From positions 1,952,001-2,016,000 of the forward strand of contig OY762069.1 of NCBI GenBank assembly GCA_963665095.1: a stretch of DNA of 64,000 nt, in the 5' to 3' direction. The position numbers and the translations under genes are program-made. The notes beneath the pieces are model-generated. The model saw only the letters and a program-made list of their open reading frames with translations. It did not search any database and had not been told where the DNA came from. Positions 40,632-51,416 of this stretch are shown here, piece by piece; within the stretch, counting starts at the first letter, position 1; every line of letters starts with the position of its first letter. This DNA is from an uncultured Desulfobacter sp. (GTDB lineage: Bacteria; Desulfobacterota; Desulfobacteria; Desulfobacterales; Desulfobacteraceae).

Positions 40632-42540
40632 TTTTTTCCAGGGTTTTATAGTCAAAGGGCATATATTCAGGGATAGACTGCTTTAGAATATTCCTTATGG
40701 CATCATGATCCCGGGCGATTGCCGCATCCTTTAAGCGGCAGACCTCTTTCTCAAGGGTGTCCCCCCTGACCGGCTGACTGTTGAGTACCATTATTTTTTT
40801 ATGATCTGTGGGCACAACATCTTCCTGTGCCGTCATCAGTTCTTCATAGAGTTTTTCGCCAGGTCTTAATCCTGTATATTCAACTTTTATATCCACATCA
40901 GGTTCAAACCCGGAAAATCGAATTAAATCCCTTGCCATGCGGTCAATGTTTACAGGCGCTCCCATCTCCAAAATAAAAATCTCTCCCCCCCGCCCCATGG
41001 CACCGGCCTGGAGAATCAACTGACACGCTTCGGGGATCAGCATAAAATAACGGATCATTTCAGGATGAGTGACAGTGACCGGGCCGCCTTCTTTTATCTG
41101 CCTTTTAAACAAAGGGACAACACTGCCTACGCTGCCAATGACATTGCCAAATCGAACAATAATAAACCTTGGCAGACCATTCTTAGCGCGATTTTCCTGT
41201 TGAACCAATAGCTCGGCAAAGCGCTTGCTGGCCCCCATGACATTGGTGGGGTTCACCGCTTTGTCCGTAGAGACAAAAACAAAGCGCTCGCACTGAAATA
41301 CCCGTGCCACATTGATCAAATTATGTGTTCCGGAAATATTATTCTCAACAGCCTTCCATGGATGGGCTTCAAGCATGGGGACATGTTTGTAGGCTGCTGC
41401 ATGGAAAATAATATGCGGCCGGTATTGGGTAAACACCCGTATTAATTCATCTGAATTCTGTATATCGCCAAGAACGGGAATGATATTAATCCCTGGAAAA
41501 CTTTTTTTTAATTCCAGATCAATTTCAAACAACGGACTTTCAGCCCTTTCAAAAAGGATCACCTCTTCAGGTTGGAACCGACAGATCTGGCGACACAATC
41601 CGGTGCCGATAGAACCGCCGGCCCCGGTTATCATGACTGTTTTCCGTCCCAGGTAGCTGCCAATACTGTCCTGATCGAGTTTAACAGGCTGACGCCCTAA
41701 AAGATCCCGGTACTCAACTTCCCGGATGGCACTGATACTGATTTTCCCGTCAATTAACTCCCCCATATCGGGGACGGTTTTAAACTCAACGTTTGCCTGG
41801 CGGCACAGGGAGACAATCTGCCGCATCCGCGGCGCACTGGCGTTGGGAATGGCAATGATTACCTCATCCACGGATTTTGAACGTATGGTATGCTCAAGAT
41901 TGTCAATACCGTTAAGTACCGATACTCCGTGGATTTTCCGACCAATTTTGCTCTTATCATCATCCAGAAAACCAATTACATGGGATTTTACGTATGGATT
42001 TTCCTTAAACTCCCGGCAAATTCTCTGTCCACAGTCGCCGGCACCTACAATAATCATACGCCGGCCGTCCTGTCCCAGTTTCTTGCTAAAAATCTTTTTC
42101 AAAGCAAACCCAATGGATTTCAAGCTGATATCTTCTGTAAACTCCTCAAAACATATACGGGTAAAAATTCTGACGCTGCTCAAACCCATTACCGTCAGCC
42201 CCCAGTCAATGAGAAAGACAGACCGGGATACCCGTTCGAACCTGGTAACATAAAGAATAGAGACTATTATCAGTGTTGTAGCAAGGCTTACGGCCTTTAC
42301 AATATCAAAAAGATCTTTCAGGCCAGTATACCGCCACATTCCCCGATAGATATCAAAAAAATAAAAACAAACAAACTTGAACCCGAGCACATACATTAAG
42401 GTTTCGGTAAACCGTTGCCCGGCCCATTGGGGAAGATCAAAATCAAAACGAATTAAATGGGCAAAATAATAACAGATCGTAAGAATCGCCAGATCAACGA
42501 ACAGGATTAAAATAGACGAACCTGACAGTCTAACTTTCAC
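40615..42540 (-). CDS. NDP-sugar 4,6-dehydratase (CapD/PglF-like)
   Basis: TGAGGSIG, HAAAYKHVP, STDKAV, RFGNV, GLRPGEK. Confidence 0.92.
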   Translation of the reverse strand: MKVRLSGSSILILFVDLAILTICYYFAHLIRFDFDLPQWAGQRFTETLMYVLGFKFVCFYFFDIYRGMWRYTGLKDLFDIVKAVSLATTLIIVSILYVTRFERVSRSVFLIDWGLTVMGLSSVRIFTRICFEEFTEDISLKSIGFALKKIFSKKLGQDGRRMIIVGAGDCGQRICREFKENPYVKSHVIGFLDDDKSKIGRKIHGVSVLNGIDNLEHTIRSKSVDEVIIAIPNASAPRMRQIVSLCRQANVEFKTVPDMGELIDGKISISAIREVEYRDLLGRQPVKLDQDSIGSYLGRKTVMITGAGGSIGTGLCRQICRFQPEEVILFERAESPLFEIDLELKKSFPGINIIPVLGDIQNSDELIRVFTQYRPHIIFHAAAYKHVPMLEAHPWKAVENNISGTHNLINVARVFQCERFVFVSTDKAVNPTNVMGASKRFAELLVQQENRAKNGLPRFIIVRFGNVIGSVGSVVPLFKRQIKEGGPVTVTHPEMIRYFMLIPEACQLILQAGAMGRGGEIFILEMGAPVNIDRMARDLIRFSGFEPDVDIKVEYTGLRPGEKLYEELMTAQEDVVPTDHKKIMVLNSQPVRGDTLEKEVCRLKDAAIARDHDAIRNILKQSIPEYMPFDYKTLEKNEKAV

Positions 42541-42541
42541 T

Positions 42542-43513
42542 TTAGGCAGCCTTTCTACGCACAATCCAGGAAATCCCCAGAAAAGCGAAGATATAAACCA
42601 TGTAAACTAACAAAACAGCAACAATTCCTTTAGACTTTAACATGATAACAGATACGGCCACAATGAATTGAAAAATCCCGTAAGCCAGAGCGATAAACCA
42701 GTGTGGCTGGCCCAACTCATTGACAAGCAACTGATAAATATGCCTGCGGTGGGCAATAACCAAAGACTGCCTGTCCTTAATACGGATCACCATTGTTGAA
42801 ATTTCATCAAGATAAAACGGGAATAAAAATCCAGCCATGATGATAAAATCAATGGGATCTTGGGCTAAAAAAATTGTTAAACAAGCAAAAATAAAGCCGA
42901 TTAGAATACTGCCAACATCCCCTAAAAAAACTTTGGCACGTGGGAAATTAAAACAAAGAAATCCAAGACAGGCCGCTGTCATACAAAGACAAAATACAAT
43001 ATGGACCGAGTCAGCACCAACACGGCTGCCATACCACGCAAGTAAAGAAAATGCGACCCCTCCTGTTATTCCGGCAATACCGTCAATACCGTCCATGAAA
43101 TTATAAAAATTGGCAGTGCCGACAATAAATACCGCCAAAGGTAGAAATAAAAGTTGAAACGTCACCCCGGCCCTGATGGGCTCCATAAAAAACCATAAAA
43201 AATACAAACTGCAGCCAAAATGGATCACCAGGCGCTGCTTTACTGAGAGCTTATATTTGTCCCCCCCCCACAGGCTTGCCACAGATATCACCAGGGCGGG
43301 TACCCAGATAAAGTGCTCAACGTCCAGTAACCAGGCAGAAAGCATAAGGGCAAACAAGGTACCGATGCCGCCACCTTTGCAAACTTCGTTGTTATGGGAA
43401 CTCCTTTCATTTGGAAGATCTGTCATGCCAATCAATCTACCAAACCGAGAAAGCCCCCACGCGCCAGCAAAGCCTGAGGAAAAACTGATAAGAAATAATT
43501 CCATCTCGTTCAT
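42542..43513 (-). CDS. MraY/WecA-family glycosyl-1-phosphate transferase (WbpL-like)
   Basis: NERSSH, NFMDGIDG, FLGDVGS, HRRHIYQ. Confidence 0.9.
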   Translation of the reverse strand: MNEMELFLISFSSGFAGAWGLSRFGRLIGMTDLPNERSSHNNEVCKGGGIGTLFALMLSAWLLDVEHFIWVPALVISVASLWGGDKYKLSVKQRLVIHFGCSLYFLWFFMEPIRAGVTFQLLFLPLAVFIVGTANFYNFMDGIDGIAGITGGVAFSLLAWYGSRVGADSVHIVFCLCMTAACLGFLCFNFPRAKVFLGDVGSILIGFIFACLTIFLAQDPIDFIIMAGFLFPFYLDEISTMVIRIKDRQSLVIAHRRHIYQLLVNELGQPHWFIALAYGIFQFIVAVSVIMLKSKGIVAVLLVYMVYIFAFLGISWIVRRKAA

Positions 43514-44499
43514 CTTTGTCTCGTATTAAAAACTGATTCCAGTGAATGTACTGGTTTAAAGCCGGTCTCTAACATGCGCTGATTATTAACCACTATATCC
43601 TTAGAAAGTTTAAGGTAACAGGAGTGAATCCAAGCTTTTCTCTCAGGATAAATATATCCGAGGATATCCGCTGTAAGTTTCACGACATTTATCGGAATTG
43701 TCAACACCCGTTTCCGTCTCCCCATTTCCCTGGCATTCATAATCTCAATCAGCTTACCAAATGAAGAAGCGTCTAAATCAGAAACATTGATGACATTACA
43801 ACCACTATTCAGGCCATCAGATTTTATACGGAATCTAATGAAATCCAGCAGATTTCTTCGGGAAAGTATAGACAGCCTCTGTCTGCCGGAACCATAACGC
43901 ACATAAAACAGTTTTCCAGGGCCACAGATCCGCTTTTCCAAATTGAGTTTCCAGGTTGCACTGTAAACCGGTGCCAATCTAAGGATATCCAGCTTTCTAA
44001 TACAGCCGGATTCAAATACAGCGCTAAGCCCAAGTTCAGCGCTAAGTTTACTTTCAGCATACGCCCCATCAGGATGGCACGCCATGTTTTCATCAAAAAC
44101 TGTCCCTCCATGCTCGCCATACACGTTCATTGAGGAGAGAAAAATAAAAAACAGATTCGGATTGACGCTTCCTGCAATCTTAGCAAGTTCAACCGCAGCT
44201 TGATGGTTCACCTGGTCATATAAAAGATCAGAGCAAGGACAAAATGCCTTTTGATGGGCAATGCCGGCACAATGAATAATCACATCCGGCTGTTTGTCAT
44301 TTAGGAGCTGTTTGAGCTTCTCTGTATCCAAAATGTCAGCCTTTATGTATTCATAAGTATTACGTTTCCTTGTCTTATGGCTATCCGAACGGCCCATCCC
44401 GATGACGGTATATCCCTGACAGCTTAGCCTTTCAGCAAGAGGACTGCCAAGGATCCCTGTCACACCTGTTATAAGAACGGTTTGCATGGATGTGGTCAT
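43510..44499 (-). CDS. NAD-dependent epimerase/dehydratase
   Basis: TGVTGILG, HCAGIAH, YAESK. Confidence 0.85.
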   Translation of the reverse strand: MTTSMQTVLITGVTGILGSPLAERLSCQGYTVIGMGRSDSHKTRKRNTYEYIKADILDTEKLKQLLNDKQPDVIIHCAGIAHQKAFCPCSDLLYDQVNHQAAVELAKIAGSVNPNLFFIFLSSMNVYGEHGGTVFDENMACHPDGAYAESKLSAELGLSAVFESGCIRKLDILRLAPVYSATWKLNLEKRICGPGKLFYVRYGSGRQRLSILSRRNLLDFIRFRIKSDGLNSGCNVINVSDLDASSFGKLIEIMNAREMGRRKRVLTIPINVVKLTADILGYIYPERKAWIHSCYLKLSKDIVVNNQRMLETGFKPVHSLESVFNTRQR

Positions 44500-44890
44500 A
44501 TTCCTTTAGTTTGATTTTTAAGAAACTGCGAGCTGAGAAAAGAGGGCACCTTAAATCCGGATGGCCTGTTTTGATACCGATATGCTGTTTTTTGCGGCTT
44601 GTTTTCAAACCGCGTCGTCCATATCTGTCCGTTTTGAACAAAGCGTGATGCGAAGTGGTTCACCGTACCCAAACGGCCCATAGTGAACTGCATCATTTTC
44701 TCCGGGTTAAGTTTGGTTCATTTTTAATTTAAAAAGGTGTAGCAGTTTACATCTGATCTCATCATCAACAGATCCGCTCATGAAGTGAACTTATATGTAA
44801 TATTAGAGGGATGGTCAAGATCATAAAGAAAATTCATCTCATGCCCGCTTATGCAAGCAGATGGTATGAGATGAATGAAGTTATTGAAAT

Positions 44891-45820
44891 CTAACTGCTG
44901 AACACAATTGTTAATTGAACACGCCGCTGGAATATTTTTTTGGATGAGGGGGTTTTAGCAGCAAACTGATACTCTCCAGTGGTTCCTATTTTGAAAATAT
45001 CTGGTTTCAGGCCGTTTTTAACCATTTCATGAACTACATTGGCAGCCCGGGACGCACCTAACTCAAAATTAGAGGGATACTTTTGGGTGTGGATAGGATC
45101 TGAATCGGCAAATCCGTTAACAAATATTTTGATGTCATACGGTTTAAGAAATTGTGACAACTTTTTTAAAAACAGTTTATATTCACCAGCCAAAGCCGCG
45201 CTCCCGGATGAAAAAAGAATGGGCAGGGTATTATTAATTTTTGCACATCCACCATCTCCCCCCAAAGCCTCCACCCAATCCTCCAGGTCCGCCTTTTTAA
45301 TTGCCCGTTCAATATCTGACAGCTTTGCCTGGACAATGGATTTGTTAGGTTCCTTTATTCCACTCTTTCCTTTTGCCGCGTCTGACACCCGAATGTCCGT
45401 ATGTGTATCCGTTCCTTTTCTTATGTCATATGCTTTCTGATATATTGCAAGCGCTTTCTCCAACCGCTTTTTCCGATTTTCAAGCAGGAAAATTTTTTCT
45501 TTTTTTTGTCGAACCGAATCTGTGAGCAGATATGACACATTCCGGCCAGAATCAGATATATGGCTGATTTTTAAAACCAGCCAGTCTAAATTTTTCTGAG
45601 TATCATGGATCTGCTGATTAATCACTCTTACCTGGCTTTTGCATTCCCCAACCAACACTTTCAACTCTGTCAGGGAATATTTATCTGTATCCACTGTGTT
45701 TACATTATAGGCTCCCTTGGCAATACCAATATGATATATAAGGGCCATACATGAAACTATCAGAATAAATATTACTTTTATCCTGAATGCAGAAACCAGT
45801 GGTAAACTTGAATTCTCCAT
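44891..45820 (-). CDS. OmpA/MotB-domain membrane protein with coiled coil
   Basis: LFSSGSA, GFAD, SNFELGASRA, RRV. Confidence 0.8.
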   Translation of the reverse strand: MENSSLPLVSAFRIKVIFILIVSCMALIYHIGIAKGAYNVNTVDTDKYSLTELKVLVGECKSQVRVINQQIHDTQKNLDWLVLKISHISDSGRNVSYLLTDSVRQKKEKIFLLENRKKRLEKALAIYQKAYDIRKGTDTHTDIRVSDAAKGKSGIKEPNKSIVQAKLSDIERAIKKADLEDWVEALGGDGGCAKINNTLPILFSSGSAALAGEYKLFLKKLSQFLKPYDIKIFVNGFADSDPIHTQKYPSNFELGASRAANVVHEMVKNGLKPDIFKIGTTGEYQFAAKTPSSKKIFQRRVQLTIVFSS

Positions 45821-45852
45821 GTTTTCCTCTGTATATTATACATTTAAAAAAC

Positions 45853-46353
45853 TTAGAAACCTGCAGCCAGAGATTCTGGTTCGACATTCTCCCCTAAGCC
45901 CACAGGCCACCAGAGCATACCATCTTCAGAGAAATTAATCCGCAGTCTTAAACGGGCCTGGGTAATGCCATAATCCCCCCGGGTGATTTCCATCACCTCA
46001 GTACCACGCAACCACGACTGGGCATGTACTTGAATGGCCTCATGATCAACCGTGCCCCGACCAGCTTTCATGAATGCATCAACATAAACACCGCTGATCT
46101 TTTCAACCAGTTGCCGGTACCCGTCTGCCACGGCAGCCCGCTCCGCCATAAGCGCGGCTTCTCCCTTTGTCAGCGCGCTTTCCGGCTCCAGCCCCTTACC
46201 GGTGACATAAAAAGAGATCACTTTATGGTTATCTTGGCTTCCCCCTGCTGAATTCAAGACGCCACCAGGGGCACTTGAAACGGAATGATTGCTGCAACCA
46301 CAAAGGAACAAGACCAAAATCCCTGTTGATAAGACCATTAATTTTTTCATCAT
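45853..46353 (-). CDS. LPP20/FlgP-like lipoprotein
   Basis: Lipobox LCGC; MAERAAVADGYRQLVE.I.GV. Confidence 0.7.
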   Translation of the reverse strand: MMKKLMVLSTGILVLFLCGCSNHSVSSAPGGVLNSAGGSQDNHKVISFYVTGKGLEPESALTKGEAALMAERAAVADGYRQLVEKISGVYVDAFMKAGRGTVDHEAIQVHAQSWLRGTEVMEITRGDYGITQARLRLRINFSEDGMLWWPVGLGENVEPESLAAGF

Positions 46354-46558
46354 ACCTTTCTCCTGTTTGCTGTCGGCCAAGACATGAAATATCCTGCCCT
46401 GCCATTGATTCCCATCTTGGATTCATGATAAAAACGAATCGTCATCCACGGCTTTTAACTTTAGAAATTATGAAACGGCAACAGCATCCCTTAAGTACAA
46501 TAATACCGATTATTCACAATAAAACCGCCCATTCTGGATAAGTAAGTATACAATATTC

Positions 46559-47104
46559 ATGCCTTATTTCATTAAAAAAAAATACCCGGTAGTTACGGTA
46601 GTCGCGCTTATTTTTCTAATATTTGTGAAAAGCCTTTCAGCAGAGACAGTTGAAGGAATCACGACTTATTATATCAGGTTTGATCTTAAAAGCTCGCGCA
46701 ACAGGATCAGTGACAGCAGACTGACAATGATTCCGGCACAAAAAGATTTCAGGGCGGCAAATTTTTCTTATGTTCCTGTCTCAGGCTTTATCCAGGCCCT
46801 GCCTCAGGATAATACCCATACACTGGAAAACAGAGCGAAAAAAAATGCATTTATTCAATTGCTGGAGAAAAAAGGATTAAAATCCATCAACACACGGGAT
46901 AGTGACACCATCATCAGCTATGAAGGGTGCGTTCAGATACCTGTAGCCCTCCATATTTTCCCATACAATGATGAACAGCACGGATATCCTTATAATGCGA
47001 GGGTATTATTCTCTCCCATAAGCTTTCCGGACCAATGGGAACCCCTGTATCGCAAATTTAAATATAACGAAATTCTTGATAATTTCTTTCTTTTTTTTAA
47101 ATAG
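46559..47104 (+). CDS. Hypothetical exported protein
   Basis: 181-aa ORF with signal-like N-terminus, upstream of dacB. Confidence 0.6.
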   Translation: MPYFIKKKYPVVTVVALIFLIFVKSLSAETVEGITTYYIRFDLKSSRNRISDSRLTMIPAQKDFRAANFSYVPVSGFIQALPQDNTHTLENRAKKNAFIQLLEKKGLKSINTRDSDTIISYEGCVQIPVALHIFPYNDEQHGYPYNARVLFSPISFPDQWEPLYRKFKYNEILDNFFLFFK

Positions 47105-47116
47105 AACCTTTTTGCC

Positions 47117-48328
47117 ATGAAAACAAAATTACGATTATATGCCTGCAGGATTATTCTAACCGTTATTCTGACTATTTTACCCTATCAGTTCACATTTGCG
47201 CATTCTGCAGGCATTATCCTGTCGGATAATCAGGGACACACCCTTTACGCAAAAAATCAGGACAAGTATTATATTCCCGCATCAACGCTGAAAATACTTA
47301 CCAGTCTGGCTGCTATTAAAAATCTGAATAAAAATTTTCATTTTTCCACATGGGCCTGTTTTGATGAAACAACAAAAAACATTTATATAAAAGGATTTGG
47401 CGATCCTGTGTTTACATCGGAAGAGATTAATCGGTGTGCCCGCCAGATTGCAGAACAATTTTTTACAGGTAAAACTGAGTCTTTGTCCGGCACCGTGAAC
47501 AATATTGTTGTGGACCAGACTTATTTTGACAGCAGAATTAAGATTCCAGGGGCCGGCTCCTCGGCTAATCCCTATGACGCCACGAATGGTGCATTATGTG
47601 CCAATTTTAACACAATTTTTCTAAAATGGAAGAATAACCAGTATGTCTCCGCAGAAGCCCAGACACCTTTTCCAGAAATTATAGCCCGACAACTTAAACC
47701 TGGCACCAAGCAAACGGACAGAATTCTTTTGTCCTATGATATGCGCCGTCGCTATGCCGGCCTGCTTCTCCAGGAGTTTTTGAAAGAAATGGGCGTAAAG
47801 ATAAACGGGACTGTGCAGGAAGGGATGTTTAACACGGCCCTTAAAAACCGGATTGAGTATACTTCAACGCTTAATCTGACAGATATTATTAGAAAACTAT
47901 TAAGGTACTCTAACAATTTCATGGCAAACCAGATCATGCTCACCATGGGCGCCAGGTCTTATGGCCCACCGGCCACACTTGATAAAGGGGTAGCTATACT
48001 AAACCGATTTGCCCGGGCACAGCTTGGTTTAAGGGATTTCGCTATTGTTGAAGGCTCAGGGCTTTCCCGTCAAAACAAACTGACACCGCTTCAGATGCGG
48101 GATATCCTTCTATCCTTTATGCCCTTCTACAAACTGATGAGAAGAGATGGAAACGAATTCTACAAAACTGGCACCCTGTCGGATGTTAAAACCCGGGCCG
48201 GCTACATTAAAGGAAAAAATAACCAGCTTTATCCTTTTGTCATCATGCTCAACCAGACCGAAGGAAACAACTATGAAGCCATCAGGCGGTTCTTACACGA
48301 AAAAGTGACAAAATCCGGGAATCCTTAA
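47117..48328 (+). CDS. dacB: D-Ala-D-Ala carboxypeptidase/endopeptidase (S13)
   Basis: PASTLK, SNN, GSGLSR, KTG. Confidence 0.9.
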   Translation: MKTKLRLYACRIILTVILTILPYQFTFAHSAGIILSDNQGHTLYAKNQDKYYIPASTLKILTSLAAIKNLNKNFHFSTWACFDETTKNIYIKGFGDPVFTSEEINRCARQIAEQFFTGKTESLSGTVNNIVVDQTYFDSRIKIPGAGSSANPYDATNGALCANFNTIFLKWKNNQYVSAEAQTPFPEIIARQLKPGTKQTDRILLSYDMRRRYAGLLLQEFLKEMGVKINGTVQEGMFNTALKNRIEYTSTLNLTDIIRKLLRYSNNFMANQIMLTMGARSYGPPATLDKGVAILNRFARAQLGLRDFAIVEGSGLSRQNKLTPLQMRDILLSFMPFYKLMRRDGNEFYKTGTLSDVKTRAGYIKGKNNQLYPFVIMLNQTEGNNYEAIRRFLHEKVTKSGNP

Positions 48329-49101
48329 GACCTCTGGTGTTCAATATATGCATATGCGCTGTGGTTATGAATGGACTCAAAGTTTTCAGCACTTACTGAA
48401 AACCAGGTAATATTTGGATCTTCAATAAGCTCCTTGGCTACGTCCCTGGCTATATCTTCAACAAATTTCGGATTGTTATAGGCTTTTTCCGTGACAAATT
48501 TTTCATCCGCCCGTTTGAGTACAGAAAAAATATCACAGGAGGCAGCCTGTTCAACCAGATTGACAATATCCTCAATCCAAATGAACTTATGGAACCTTGT
48601 TGAAACAAGAACTTCTCCCCGCTGATTGTGAGCCCCGTAATCTGAAATTTCTTTGGAGCAGGGACAGACCGATGTGACAGGGACAGCCACCTTGAGCACC
48701 ATGTCCGCTCTTTTTTCACAATTTGATGAGCCGATAATCGTGCAATTATAGTCCATAAGGCCTTTGGACTGGGTGCTGGGAGATGTTTTTTCAATGAAAT
48801 AAGGGAAGGCTATTTCAATGTGTGCGGACTTCGCCCCGAGCGTTGCTTTCATATCTTCCAGAATGCTGGTTAATGATTCCAGGGATACCTGAGTCCGAAA
48901 TACATGCAAAAGTTCCACAAAACGGCTCATATGGGTTCCCTTGCACTGATGGGGCAGATCCACATACATATTTATTTCAGCCACTGTGGACTGTGATCTG
49001 CGGATTTTATCCCGGACTGTAATCGGGTATTTCAGTCCTTTAATACCGACCTTATCTATGGAAATATTCCGAAAATCCGGTTGATTCTGTATATCAATCA
49101 T
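48325..49101 (-). CDS. folE2: GTP cyclohydrolase FolE2
   Basis: KGTHMSRF, CPCSK, AHNQR, ESIHNH. Confidence 0.95.
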   Translation of the reverse strand: MIDIQNQPDFRNISIDKVGIKGLKYPITVRDKIRRSQSTVAEINMYVDLPHQCKGTHMSRFVELLHVFRTQVSLESLTSILEDMKATLGAKSAHIEIAFPYFIEKTSPSTQSKGLMDYNCTIIGSSNCEKRADMVLKVAVPVTSVCPCSKEISDYGAHNQRGEVLVSTRFHKFIWIEDIVNLVEQAASCDIFSVLKRADEKFVTEKAYNNPKFVEDIARDVAKELIEDPNITWFSVSAENFESIHNHSAYAYIEHQRS

Positions 49102-49844
49102 GATGGCGTCTTTAAAAGATAATCAGCGGCAATGTTTCCCATGGCCCTGAATATATTCCCTTTAATATGTTTATTCTGCCGGTACATCCTTTCAAGCATA
49201 TCTGCAACATCCTGCCTTCTGGTTCGACCTGCGCTCGGGCACGGATTAATAAATTCCGGCAGCTCAAAAATTTCCGACAACCGTTCTATCTCATTTTTTT
49301 CAACATAGGACAAGGGTCTTATGACATTCAGACGGCCTTTAAAAAAAGACTGATTGGGTTTCATTGTGCCGATCTTTCCGGCATAAAAAATATTTATGAA
49401 CAATGTCTCTATCAGATCATCTTTATTGTGGCCCAACGCCACTTTTCTGCAGTTGTTCTCCTTTGCCAGTTCAAACAGGCGCTTACGCCTGAGCCGGCTG
49501 CACAAAAAACAGGGATTCTCTCTGTTTTCAGCAGTATGGGCCAGCAAACCGTAATCGGTCTTTTCAACCACCAGTCCCTGATGAGCCTCCTTATACCTGC
49601 CATTGATATAATAATCCAGCTCTTTGACAAAAGAGTTGTCAAATCCCGGATCAATATGAGCAGGAATAAGATCAAATGCGACAGGCGCTTTTTTTTTAAG
49701 GGAGACAAGCAGGTGAAAAAGGGCCAGACTGTCTAAACCTCCGGAAATACCCACCAGTATCCGGTCGCCGTTCTCTATCATCTGCCATTCGCCGACGGCT
49801 TTGCCAAGCAGATGGGCCAGGCGTTTTGTCAGCCCTTTACCCAA
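49098..49844 (-). CDS. ttcA: tRNA 2-thiocytidine synthase TtcA family
   Basis: SGGLDS, CFLCSRLRR, GHNKDD, IRPL. Confidence 0.85.
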   Translation of the reverse strand: MGKGLTKRLAHLLGKAVGEWQMIENGDRILVGISGGLDSLALFHLLVSLKKKAPVAFDLIPAHIDPGFDNSFVKELDYYINGRYKEAHQGLVVEKTDYGLLAHTAENRENPCFLCSRLRRKRLFELAKENNCRKVALGHNKDDLIETLFINIFYAGKIGTMKPNQSFFKGRLNVIRPLSYVEKNEIERLSEIFELPEFINPCPSAGRTRRQDVADMLERMYRQNKHIKGNIFRAMGNIAADYLLKTPS

Positions 49845-49851
49845 ATTTAAG

Positions 49852-50061
49852 CTATTCGTCTTCTAATTTGGAATCTTTTTTAACAACGATCCGATTAGCG
49901 GCAATTTCCCGCAGAACAGTAACAACATCTTCATTCTTGGATGGCGGGACAAGAAAATCAGCCCCCTCTCTAACCTGACGGACCCGTTGTGCTGCCAGGT
50001 GTACAAGAGTAAACCGGTTATCTACGTTCTTCAAACAATCTTCAATGGTTACACGAGCCAA
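49852..50061 (-). CDS. rpoZ: RNA polymerase omega subunit
   Basis: MARVTIEDC, NRFTLV, LREIA. Confidence 0.95.
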   Translation of the reverse strand: MARVTIEDCLKNVDNRFTLVHLAAQRVRQVREGADFLVPPSKNEDVVTVLREIAANRIVVKKDSKLEDE

Positions 50062-50098
50062 AATAATTTCCTTTCCATATAACGGTTATGGACCGTTT

Positions 50099-50128
50099 AA
50101 AAAAGCCCGCTACATAGCGGCCTTTTTC
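50099..50128. terminator. Terminator-like hairpin between greA and rpoZ
   Basis: AAAAAAGCCCGCTACATAGCGGCCTTTTT. Confidence 0.55.
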
Positions 50129-50162
50129 ATGGGCTGTATTATGTATATACAAGATCTTAAAA

Positions 50163-50630
50163 TTAAAGAATATCTAAAATCTCATAAATACGTTTTCCAC
50201 CCGGGGCCTGAATTATGGCTTCATCCCCAGGTACTTTCCCGATCAGAGCTGCTCCCAGTGGAGAGGTCACTGAAATCTTTCCTTTTTTAATATCTGCTTC
50301 ATCCTCACCAACAATCATGTATTCCAGCTTATCTTCGGAATCCAAATTTTCCACAAGAACGCGACTGGCAAAACGGACTACGTCTTTAGGTACGGATTTT
50401 GGATCAATCACTTTAGCGTTCCCGATCTTATATGAAAGCTCCCCGATTCGTCCCTCAATAAAAGACTGACGCTCTTTCGCAGCATGGTACTCGGCATTCT
50501 CAGACAGATCACCATGAGCCCGGGCCACTTCAATAGCTTTTATAATATCAGGACGGTCCACGGTTTTTAATTTTTCCAGTTCTTTTTTCAAGGAGGCAAA
50601 GCCTTCTTTTGTTACAGGTATCTGATCCAA
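50163..50630 (-). CDS. greA: Transcription elongation factor GreA
   Basis: HGDLSENAEYHAAKE, SPLG. Confidence 0.95.
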   Translation of the reverse strand: MDQIPVTKEGFASLKKELEKLKTVDRPDIIKAIEVARAHGDLSENAEYHAAKERQSFIEGRIGELSYKIGNAKVIDPKSVPKDVVRFASRVLVENLDSEDKLEYMIVGEDEADIKKGKISVTSPLGAALIGKVPGDEAIIQAPGGKRIYEILDIL

Positions 50631-50699
50631 AATTTAAAATTTACTCCATTTAGTTTACAAATTTTATCGACATAAAACGCTTGGTTATATGCAAACAAA

Positions 50700-51362
50700 T
50701 CAGCACATCCGGCCGATCACACTACTTCCGGCGGCTGTTCTATCTCCGGGTTTTACCAAAATCTCAAAAGCCATGGGCAGGTATAGATCCAAACGGGACC
50801 CGAACTGAATCATCCCGTAACGGTCTCCCTTGACCACGTGCTCATGAATTTTTACGCAATTGACAATACGCCGGGCTACAAGACCTGCAATCTGAACGCA
50901 TACGTATTGACGACCGTTGTATGTTTTAATTCTTAACGCATTACGCTCATTATGTACACTTGCCTTATCAAAGGACGCGTTTACAAACTTGCCCGGATGG
51001 TACTGTACCTTCTCAATCACCCCGCTAAAGGGAATCCGGTTGACATGAACATTAAACACATTCATGAAAATACTGACTTTCTGACAGGGCCCGTCCATGT
51101 ATTCGCACTGCGCAATCCGCTGGACCACGATTACTTTCCCGTCCGCAGGAGAAACGAGCAGGTCCCCGTCTTCAGGGATCTCTCTTTCAGGGTCCCTGAA
51201 AAACCAGATCACAAACAATGTAGCCAGCAGGCAGAAAAACCCTGTTGCCAGGCACCCAAAATAAAAAAACATCCCCGTGACAAGGATGGCCGTAATAACA
51301 TATTTAACGCCTGGCATGGCAATCGGTAGCACTGCCTTTGCCGGCCATTTTGAATTATCCAT
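50700..51362 (-). CDS. psd: Phosphatidylserine decarboxylase
   Basis: FFRDPER, SPADG, HVNR, FGS. Confidence 0.92.
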   Translation of the reverse strand: MDNSKWPAKAVLPIAMPGVKYVITAILVTGMFFYFGCLATGFFCLLATLFVIWFFRDPEREIPEDGDLLVSPADGKVIVVQRIAQCEYMDGPCQKVSIFMNVFNVHVNRIPFSGVIEKVQYHPGKFVNASFDKASVHNERNALRIKTYNGRQYVCVQIAGLVARRIVNCVKIHEHVVKGDRYGMIQFGSRLDLYLPMAFEILVKPGDRTAAGSSVIGRMC

Positions 51363-51416
51363 ATTCCCCCATATTAACCAAAACCCAACTTTTATATCAA
51401 GGAAGCCAAAGAATTG

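Noticed and set aside
44496..44696. 66-aa ORF overlapping the epimerase start
   Set aside because: No motif or supporting evidence; may be leader sequence.
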